A stretch of 12,393 bases of DNA from Candidatus Wolframiiraptor gerlachensis. GTDB taxonomy: Archaea; Thermoproteota; Nitrososphaeria_A; Caldarchaeales; Wolframiiraptoraceae. Positions 1-6,630 of this stretch are shown piece by piece (position 1 is the first letter of the stretch; every line of letters begins with the position of its first letter). The stretch is from the NCBI GenBank assembly GCA_021323375.2, contig JAJPCT020000014.1, positions 1-12,393 of the forward strand. Reading direction: 5' to 3'. Under the pieces are notes generated by a model. It had not been told where the DNA came from, did no database searches, and was given only the letters and a program-made list of their open reading frames with translations. A program made the position numbers and the translations under genes.

Positions 1-1
1 T

Positions 2-478
2 ATACCTTTCAAGTATAGCGAACTTGTTAAGAAGTTCAATTTGAGCCGACAAACAATAAGTAAACATTACAAGCATGTGCTGGAGTTGGTAAACCTGTTT
101 GCTGTGATTTGGGTTCCTTTCATGCATCCAGAACTTATTGTTACACCTCTTTTGATTAAATCGGATTATGATAGCGATGTTAGGAAAACTTTTCTTAGCA
201 TCCCCTTTACTTATGCGGAGATGAGAAGTTTTAATCGTGAATATTTTGCCATGCTAATAATACCATCTATGGGCTTTTATACTACCATGAAATTCTTAAT
301 GAGCTCTGTAGAGGTAAAAGAGTTGAATTTTCAAGATATGGAGTATAGCGGGAAATTTTCAGTACCTTATCAACTCTATAAGGATAATGCTTGGATTGAT
401 TCTTTTGAGAAAGGTATTGAAAAACTAATTGAGCTTGAGAAAGTTCGAAAAAAGAGTTTGGGTGGTTTCACTATTTAA
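2..478 (+). CDS. 5'-truncated helix-turn-helix protein (putative transcriptional regulator), AT-rich
   Basis: The frame of ORF 41..478 stays open back to base 2 (IPFKYSELVKKFN-LSRQTISKHYKHVLEL), so the TTG at 41 is probably internal. YSELVKKFNLSRQTISKHY fits an HTH pattern. Stop TAA at 476-478. Confidence 0.7.
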   Translation: MPFKYSELVKKFNLSRQTISKHYKHVLELVNLFAVIWVPFMHPELIVTPLLIKSDYDSDVRKTFLSIPFTYAEMRSFNREYFAMLIIPSMGFYTTMKFLMSSVEVKELNFQDMEYSGKFSVPYQLYKDNAWIDSFEKGIEKLIELEKVRKKSLGGFTI

Positions 479-489
479 AAACTCTTAAT

Positions 490-627
490 TTACAATGGAA
501 GTTTTCCTATCTTCTCGGCCGGGGCTCCTGTTAGGGTTGCTATTGTTATTATTGCGGCCTCGATTGCTATTATGATCAGCATCTCCTTAGAGATGCCTGC
601 TTTCAGGGCGACATCCTCAAACTTCAT
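490..627 (-). CDS. Small 45-aa protein with a hydrophobic core (MKFEDVALKAGISKEMLIIIAIEAAIITIATLTGAPAEKIGKLPL)
   Basis: Translated by hand: ATG at 627-625, TAA at 492-490. Archaeal-type codons (ATA/GCA/AAG/GAG), TATA-like TTAATTA about 25-30 nt upstream, and it fills the gap tail-to-tail with the HTH gene (11 bp apart). Below the ORF-track size cutoff. Confidence 0.65.
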   Translation of the reverse strand: MKFEDVALKAGISKEMLIIIAIEAAIITIATLTGAPAEKIGKLPL

Positions 628-649
628 GCTTTATACTAAGTTTTGGGGG

Positions 650-664
650 TTAATTAACGTTTTT
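650..664 (-). promoter_or_regulatory. Putative BRE/TATA promoter for the 45-aa peptide gene (leaderless)
   Basis: Minus strand reads AAAAACG-TTAATTAA about 25-30 nt before the ATG at 627. Confidence 0.45.
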
Positions 665-697
665 ACAAAATTTTTCACAAATGTTTGTATTTTTGTA
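664..697. promoter_or_regulatory. Nested inverted repeats, candidate operator between divergent promoters
   Basis: TACAAAA (664-670) / TTTTGTA (691-697) enclose ACAAA-tg-TTTGT (677-688). The AT-rich context lowers significance. Confidence 0.35.
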
Positions 698-811
698 GTT
701 GAGATTCGGGTAAAAACTTATATACTATGCCCTCCTAACCCGGCCTCCGCGCAATCAAATTAGACGATTTAGACGAATTCATTTAAGATCCTCTAGTTGC
801 ATGGTTCTTTG

Positions 812-1483
812 ATGAGGCTGAGCATCGGCTTTATCTTATTGATTCTCCTCACGTTGATCTTGGCTGTCTTCCTGATTTATCGCCTAGGGTTCGAGTTGTC
901 TTTTCCTTGGGCTGACTCGGTTTATCCGAGGCCCATTGTCGAGCTTTTTCTCGAGCATGATGGCGTTCTCGTCCCTATTCGCAATGATGTGTTGTTGGAG
1001 GAGCCTCTTCCTAGTGATCTTAAGCTCGTTGTTAGGCTGAGTAATAATAGTAGTGAGCCTAGCTTGAGGGGTGAGTTTGCGGCCGGTGTTCTCCTAATGC
1101 TGGAGGGTGCGAGGGTAAAGGGTATTGAGATGCGTGGATTTGTAGGAGCGATTGGCGTCGGCGAGAATGGTAGCATAGTCTCGCCCGTGAATGCCAGCAT
1201 CGTGGAGCTATTCGCCGACAAGCTTGATCCATGGAGCTTCGTGGAGGCTAGGCTCAACCTGCATGGGGAGGATGGGTCAGATTGTGTTCGCCTTGCTTAT
1301 AGGGGTTGGATAATGGATGAGGATGATCGAGTCTTGGAGCCTGTCAGCGGGCTCAAGGAGCCCTATATCGCCCGGTACCCTCCTGAGAGTTATCCGGATA
1401 ATCCGCCTGATTCTAGGTGGGCTGGACACGAGTTTATGAGATATGCTGTTTACCGGGCGGCGGTATGTTATCTGGGAGGCTGA
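812..1483 (+). CDS. Hypothetical membrane-anchored or secreted protein, probable surface glycoprotein
   Basis: ORF 797..1483; ATG at 812 preferred because TTTAAG lies about 25-30 nt upstream. N-terminal hydrophobic helix (LSIGFILLILLTLILAVFLIY), beta-rich soluble domain, N-X-S sequons (NNS, NSS, NGS, NAS) and two Cys. Confidence 0.75.
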   Translation: MRLSIGFILLILLTLILAVFLIYRLGFELSFPWADSVYPRPIVELFLEHDGVLVPIRNDVLLEEPLPSDLKLVVRLSNNSSEPSLRGEFAAGVLLMLEGARVKGIEMRGFVGAIGVGENGSIVSPVNASIVELFADKLDPWSFVEARLNLHGEDGSDCVRLAYRGWIMDEDDRVLEPVSGLKEPYIARYPPESYPDNPPDSRWAGHEFMRYAVYRAAVCYLGG

Positions 1484-1489
1484 GCCCGC

Positions 1490-3883
1490 CTAGGCTCTCT
1501 CTACTCGGGAGTATCCGGCCTCGATCTCGACGCGATAGACCTGGTTTGCCGCCTGCTCAACCTCTGGATCATGTGTGACGATTATCGCCTGTGGGATCAA
1601 GCCCCTCTCGCCACGGAGGTTCGCGAGAAGTCTCACGAGCTCCCTCCTCCTCTCGGGGTCGAGGTGTATCGTCGGCTCATCCATTAGGATGCACTGAATC
1701 CTGTTTCCGGTGAGGGCTGCTGCTATGCCGAGCCTTAGGCAGAGGGCTATCGCCGTCTTCTCGCCGCCGCTCAGCGAGTCTATCGGCTGCTCGCCAAACG
1801 GCCCATAGACGTAGACATTGTAATCCTCGTCAAGCCTTAGATCTGTGTATGCTAGGTTGAAGAATCTGAGAAGCCTCCTCGCATAATGCTCTATGCTCCT
1901 TCTCGCAGCAGCCCTTACATATTTCTGGACGCCATCCTTTCCAAGAGCCTCCCGGATCGCCCGAAGCCTAGAGAGCTCATTCTCCACGATCCCGAGCTTC
2001 TCCCTAGCGATCTTCAACTGCTCCAGCTCGCTGGCGAGTCGCATCCTCTCATCCTCCAAGTCTCTTAAACGCTGGACATGTGCGGAGTGCTCCTCCCTAA
2101 GGCTGCTCAACCTCTCGAGAACATCCTTCAACCTCCTCCGGAGATCCTCGTAATCCTTCTCGCTATACTCGATGCTCCTCATCCTCTCCAGCATCCACCT
2201 CTTCTTCTCCTCAAGCTCCATGATCTCGGATGCGAGCCTCTTGATCCTCTGCTCGATCTCGCTGCTCGATCCGAGCTTCTCAAGAATCCCCCTCTCCCTC
2301 TCAAGCCTCCTAACCTCCTCCTCAACCCTCCTAACCGCGCTTATCCTCTCCTCCAAAGCCCTCTTGAGCTGCTCGAGTTCGCTCGGCGCCTCTATGCTCC
2401 TCAGCTCCGACTCGATCCTTATCCTCTCATTCTCCAGCTCCGCGAGCCTTGAGATAGCGTCCTCGACTCTACGCGAGTCGATCGTCGAGAGCTCCTGAAG
2501 CATGGCTTTCGCGGACTCGAGATCTAGGCGGAGCTCCTCCCGCTCTACCTCAAGCGCTCTAGCCCTCTTCTCATGCTCCTCGAGCTCGACCCGGAGATCT
2601 TCTAAGACTCTCCTCCTATGCTCCTCAGTCATGGGCCTCCTGCATAGCGGGCATACAGCCCCACCCCGCTCAAGCTCCTCAATCCTCTCTCTCACGGTCT
2701 TCATCATGCCCTGAGCCTCGCCGACCCCCTCCCCGATCCTTCGAACCCTCTCCTCAAGCTCCTCCACAACCCTCCTCCGCTCATCGAGCAATCCCATAAG
2801 AGCATTTGGCAGCTCCTCCAATCTCTCGAGCCTGCGGCCTGAAGACTTCTCAATCTTCCTCACCCAGCCCTCGATAAGCGATCTATGCGATGAGATCTCC
2901 CTCATGATCTCCATAAGCCTCCTCTCGAGAATATCCTTCCTAGACTTCATGGCCTCCAGCTCCATGATCCGGCCTCTCAGCTCCTCCACCTCTCCTCTTA
3001 GCCTAGTTAGCTCCTCTTCCGCTCTCTCGAGCTCGAGCACCCGCTTCTCCGCCTCCCTCACAAGTGCTAGATTCCTCTCATGGGACTCAAGCTCCCCCCT
3101 TCTCGATGCTATCAGGCTATCAAGCTTCGCGACAGCCTCCTTGAGCCCCTCAATCCTCCTCCTATCCCCCTCCATGGCCCGTAGCCTCGACTCGAGCTCA
3201 TCGCGTTCCTTCTCGAGGCCGCGGATCTCAGGCTCGAGCAGGCTTAATCGCTCCCGAGCCCTCGCAGCCTCCGCCTCAACCTCACTCAGCCTTCTCTCGA
3301 TCTCGCCAGCCTTCTCAATCTCCCTCCTAAGCTCCGCCGCCTTCCCCTCGAGCAGCCTAATCGGAATCCTCAGCTCCTCCCAGAGCCTCTCGAGATCCTC
3401 TATTCCGAGAAGCCTCGAGATTATTTCCTTCCTCTCAGCGGGCCTCGCCTCCAGCAGCCTCGCCATCTCGCCCTGCTTGACATACGCGGCGCTCATGAAG
3501 ACCTCGTGCGGTATTCCGAGAATCCTCTCAATCTCCGGTAGAGCGATCCTCTCGCCAGCATCCACGAGCAGAGTCGAGCCCGATGTCAGGTCCCGGAGGG
3601 TTGCCTGGGCCCTCTTACCCCTACCAAGCCTCCATGTTATCTCATATGTTCTCCCGCCGGAGCTGAATGTAACCTGAACCATGGCGCTTGAGGCAGCCCT
3701 GTTTATCAGGTTCTCATCCCTCCCGCGGCTATGCTCCTTGAAGAGAGCAAATGTCACGGCATCAAGGATAGATGTCTTCCCCGACCCATTATCGCCAACG
3801 AGGACCGTGAGGCCTTGCGGGAACTCGATGAACGTATCCCTATGAGAGATGAAGTTTCTCAGCCTAACCGAGTGGATTATCAT
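1490..3883 (-). CDS. rad50: DNA double-strand break repair ATPase Rad50 (SMC/SbcC family)
   Basis: Walker A GDNGSGKTS, Q-loop YVKQGEM, long coiled coil with central zinc hook CPLC, signature LSGGE, Walker B ILMDEP and H-loop VTHD. Lies directly downstream of mre11. Confidence 0.96.
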   Translation of the reverse strand: MIIHSVRLRNFISHRDTFIEFPQGLTVLVGDNGSGKTSILDAVTFALFKEHSRGRDENLINRAASSAMVQVTFSSGGRTYEITWRLGRGKRAQATLRDLTSGSTLLVDAGERIALPEIERILGIPHEVFMSAAYVKQGEMARLLEARPAERKEIISRLLGIEDLERLWEELRIPIRLLEGKAAELRREIEKAGEIERRLSEVEAEAARARERLSLLEPEIRGLEKERDELESRLRAMEGDRRRIEGLKEAVAKLDSLIASRRGELESHERNLALVREAEKRVLELERAEEELTRLRGEVEELRGRIMELEAMKSRKDILERRLMEIMREISSHRSLIEGWVRKIEKSSGRRLERLEELPNALMGLLDERRRVVEELEERVRRIGEGVGEAQGMMKTVRERIEELERGGAVCPLCRRPMTEEHRRRVLEDLRVELEEHEKRARALEVEREELRLDLESAKAMLQELSTIDSRRVEDAISRLAELENERIRIESELRSIEAPSELEQLKRALEERISAVRRVEEEVRRLERERGILEKLGSSSEIEQRIKRLASEIMELEEKKRWMLERMRSIEYSEKDYEDLRRRLKDVLERLSSLREEHSAHVQRLRDLEDERMRLASELEQLKIAREKLGIVENELSRLRAIREALGKDGVQKYVRAAARRSIEHYARRLLRFFNLAYTDLRLDEDYNVYVYGPFGEQPIDSLSGGEKTAIALCLRLGIAAALTGNRIQCILMDEPTIHLDPERRRELVRLLANLRGERGLIPQAIIVTHDPEVEQAANQVYRVEIEAGYSRVERA

Positions 3884-3892
3884 CTCTTGGGC

Positions 3893-5005
3893 TCACCTCT
3901 CTCCCAGCCTGCTGAGGATCAACCTCTCAACCTCCTCTATTCCACGGCTCATGTAGGCGTCGTAGATCGTGACCGCGAGCTCCGCTTCATCCTCATGAAA
4001 CCCCTTGGAGAGGAGATAGTCCCTGATAATCGTCCTCACGTCTATCGCCGGAATCTCCTCGGCCTCTCCAACCTCCTCAAGCTCCTCTAGAACCTCATAC
4101 CTGTAGTGGAGAACCCTTCCGGCGAGCTTCTCCTGCATCATGCGCAGGATCAGCTGCCGGTCAATATTCCTCCCCCTAACCCTTACATGTATTATCGGCT
4201 TCTTGCGCTGGGCTGAAGACCATTCAGCAGCATCAATAAGGGCCCTCTCGAGGTCACTCACTTCCACGGAGATGAGCTTCTGAGGCCTGATCGAGCCTAG
4301 ATTAACCTCTTGGACTATGGGCTCGTCGCTGGAGAAGTCGATTAGCAGGAAACCCTTGCCGGAACTACTCCACCCCTCGATCTCCGCCGTCGATAATATC
4401 TCGATGGAGCCCGAGTAGGCGGCCGCCGACCCGTCCAAGGAAAATATTCTGCGATCATGCTCATGGCCGAGAGCATAATAGCTGTAGCCCTTGGGTAGAT
4501 CCTTCACAATATTTTCCGGCCCCCGGAGCGGGGCGTGCGCGAGCAGTATCCTCTTTCTGAATCGCCTTGCTTCCGTGGCCAGCTCGCCGAGCTTTCTCAG
4601 GGCCTCATCCCTCTCGCTGAGCCTAACCCTATCAAGCCCCGTGATAACGACATCACCCTCTATGGCGATGTTTCTGAGCCCCGCATGCTCTGATATTTTC
4701 TCGAGGATGGCGGTTGGCGGTAGATCTTTGACCCTTCTAGGGATCTCATGATCCCCTATGACGTGGTAGATCTTGATCCCAGAGGATCTCAACCTTCCGA
4801 GAAGCTCTCTAGCCCTCATGAGGGCTCGTATTGGCGGTCTCGGCGAGTCGAAGAGGTCGCCGGCCACTAGGAGGATCTTCGGCCTCTCCTTCCCAATAAC
4901 ATCAACAAGCTCTTCGAAGGCTTCATAGATATCAGCCTCCCTCTCTCCAAGCCCATACTGGGCGTAGCCTAGGTGGATATCTGCTACATGAGCGACTAGA
5001 ACCAT
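3893..5005 (-). CDS. mre11: DNA double-strand break repair nuclease Mre11
   Basis: Phosphoesterase motifs ADIHLG, GDLFD, GDHE, LAH, LGHEH and YSGS. Start placed at ATG 5005 (MVLVAHVADIH) rather than 5059. Stop is 9 bp upstream of rad50. Confidence 0.94.
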   Translation of the reverse strand: MVLVAHVADIHLGYAQYGLGEREADIYEAFEELVDVIGKERPKILLVAGDLFDSPRPPIRALMRARELLGRLRSSGIKIYHVIGDHEIPRRVKDLPPTAILEKISEHAGLRNIAIEGDVVITGLDRVRLSERDEALRKLGELATEARRFRKRILLAHAPLRGPENIVKDLPKGYSYYALGHEHDRRIFSLDGSAAAYSGSIEILSTAEIEGWSSSGKGFLLIDFSSDEPIVQEVNLGSIRPQKLISVEVSDLERALIDAAEWSSAQRKKPIIHVRVRGRNIDRQLILRMMQEKLAGRVLHYRYEVLEELEEVGEAEEIPAIDVRTIIRDYLLSKGFHEDEAELAVTIYDAYMSRGIEEVERLILSRLGER

Positions 5006-5066
5006 CTCCAGCAGTAATCTAGGCGGCGCCGGGCTTTTATTGATAACCCCGCCAGCCACACATCAG

Positions 5067-5089
5067 AATATAACCCGGATAATATCCGG
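5067..5089 (-). promoter_or_regulatory. Palindrome plus TATA-like box upstream of mre11
   Basis: Perfect inverted repeat CCGGATA-A-TATCCGG (5075-5089) immediately followed on the minus strand by GTTATATT. Confidence 0.4.
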
Positions 5090-5093
5090 AGGC

Positions 5094-5991
5094 CTATACC
5101 ATGCCTCTTTTAGTCTCGAGCCATAGCCGGTAGAGATTCTGCGCGAGCAGCCTTATCCGGCTGGAGTTCTCAAGCCTGTTTAGGAGTTCTTCGGGGAGGC
5201 TTTCGACGCCCTTATGTGCGCCGGCTATCGCCGCGGCCATACATGCTATAGTATCCCTATCGCCTCTAAGGCTTATCGTCCTTCTAATGACGTGGGCTGG
5301 ATCCTGCTCAGCGAGATAACAATAGATTGCTGTTGGAACGGAGTTATGCGCCTCCACCGCGTTCCCGAGAGCTCCTCACCACCTCCATCCTATCCGCCTC
5401 CGATTCGATCAGCCTCGGGATGAGCTTGAGCTTCAGCTGATAGACCTCGCTCACGGGAAGCTGCATGAGCTGCTCTATGAAATCCCTTGGCTCGGCGTTC
5501 TTGCCCGGGTTGAGCCCAACGGCCATGGCGATGGAATATGCCTCAAGCAAAGCGCCCTCGATCGCTAGCGGATGATTATGAGTGGGCTTGCAGGATGCCT
5601 TAACAGCCTCCACGAGCCTCGCGGCATCATCATGGTAGAAGAGGCCGACTGGCGCTATCCGCATCGCGGCCCCGTTGCCAAGCGACCCTCCCGGATACAG
5701 CCTCTTATCCAGCTCGAGAGGCCCCTCGCCGCGCCTAATCATCTTGAAGATCCTCGGCGGCCCCGGCCCATACCCCCTCCAAGGCTCAGCCTCATATGCC
5801 TCGAGAAACTTCCATGCAAGCTTCAGGGGATCAACCTCGCCATGGTTCTCCAGCAGATGCTCCGCGAGAGCTATCATCATCGCGGTATCATCTGTGTATT
5901 TCAACTCGACGGCTGAACCATAGCTGGCGCCAAGAGCATCCCCAAGCGCTGCTGAGAGCATACAGCCGGAGAACTTCCGCTCCAAGCTCAT
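5094..5991 (-). pseudogene. ADP-ribosylglycohydrolase (ARH/DraG family), split by a single frameshift near 5370
   Basis: ORF 5344..5991 has GDALG, YTDDT and GNGAAMR; ORF 5094..5357 has GDRDT and AIAGA. Removing one base at about 5370 joins them (EVVRS-LGNAVEAHNSVP) into a 298-aa protein of normal family length. Could be a real lesion or a sequencing error. Confidence 0.88.
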
Positions 5992-6015
5992 CCTCGCGCT
6001 CTCAAGGGCACCGGC

Positions 6016-6516
6016 TCAGCATATATACTGGGCGTTCTCGGTATCAAAGTCTCTGATAACCTCGACGTCATCGAGGGAGATGAGATCATCCTCGCCAGTG
6101 AGCTGTTCAGTGATCTCGGCCAGCTTCCTCGGCGCCATCTTGTATGCTGGGTGATCCTCTCCAAGAGCCTCCCTAATCACCTTCATGGAGAGGGCTGCCA
6201 CCTCCCCCTCATCCAGCACGCCGAGGCTGTGAAGATATTCATGAAGCAGTATGAGGAAGATATACGAGTTCACCTCAAGCCTATTCCTCGATGACCTCAT
6301 GATCGCCTGAAGATGTCTCCGATTCATTATTATCGCGTTTGAGCCCACCTGATGCATCGCGCCGATCTCGCCCGGCAGATCTACCAAGAGAAGCTCTAGG
6401 CCCGCGCGCCTAACCCCTAAAACCTCCCTAACAGCCCTCTTGACAACACTAAATATCTCCCCAAAGCTCTCAGCCCTCTCAAGCCTAGCCCTAAGATCCT
6501 CCCTCACACGATCCAC
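6016..6516 (-). CDS. Hypothetical protein with HEXXH motif (putative minimal zincin metallopeptidase)
   Basis: 166 aa, GTG start, ILLHEYLHSLG motif preceded by a beta-hairpin-like segment (IGAMHQVGSNAIIMN). Host-like codon usage; ends 24 bp before the ARH start. Confidence 0.8.
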   Translation of the reverse strand: MDRVREDLRARLERAESFGEIFSVVKRAVREVLGVRRAGLELLLVDLPGEIGAMHQVGSNAIIMNRRHLQAIMRSSRNRLEVNSYIFLILLHEYLHSLGVLDEGEVAALSMKVIREALGEDHPAYKMAPRKLAEITEQLTGEDDLISLDDVEVIRDFDTENAQYIC

Positions 6517-6565
6517 CCTCAGGAGCTGATGCCCCAGATAATAGTGTAATATGCTCGACTATTTA

Positions 6566-6620
6566 GCTATCTTGCCCGCGGCGCCGCTTGGGCTTACCCG
6601 AGTATTCCGCCAAGACTAGC
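6566..6620 (+). other. Long imperfect intergenic stem-loop (candidate structured RNA or cis element)
   Basis: Pairings 6566-69/6617-20, 6570-74/6611-15, 6578-81/6607-10 and 6586-92/6597-6603, with a CTTA loop; 20 bp in total including two G-U pairs on the + strand. Confidence 0.5.
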
Positions 6621-6630
6621 CGCATGAGGC

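Noticed and set aside
20-31. GAACTTGTTAAG similar to GAACTTATTAAG at 12300-12311 (possible flanking direct repeat)
   Set aside because: Short, imperfect, AT-rich and inside ORFs; the enclosed DNA is core housekeeping genes.
731-753. CCCGGCCTCCGCGCA loosely resembling a tRNA 3' end or att remnant
   Set aside because: No T-loop GTTC motif, no cloverleaf and no integrase visible.
572-763. 63-aa + strand ORF from the track
   Set aside because: Overlaps the better-supported minus-strand peptide ORF and runs through promoter-like AT tracts; the sequence is not protein-like.
1390-1401. 12-bp palindrome TTATCCGGATAA resembling the mre11 upstream repeat
   Set aside because: Lies inside a coding region (Y-P-D codons) with different symmetry; likely chance.
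1886-4090. Multiple Ser/Leu-rich + strand ORFs, including the 257-aa ORF at 2904..3677
   Set aside because: Antisense shadows of the GAG/AGG-rich coiled-coil codons of rad50 and mre11.
4745-4762. Mre11 motif III reads GDHE rather than GNHD
   Set aside because: I recall GDH variants in crenarchaeal Mre11 proteins and all other motifs are intact, so there is no evidence of inactivation.
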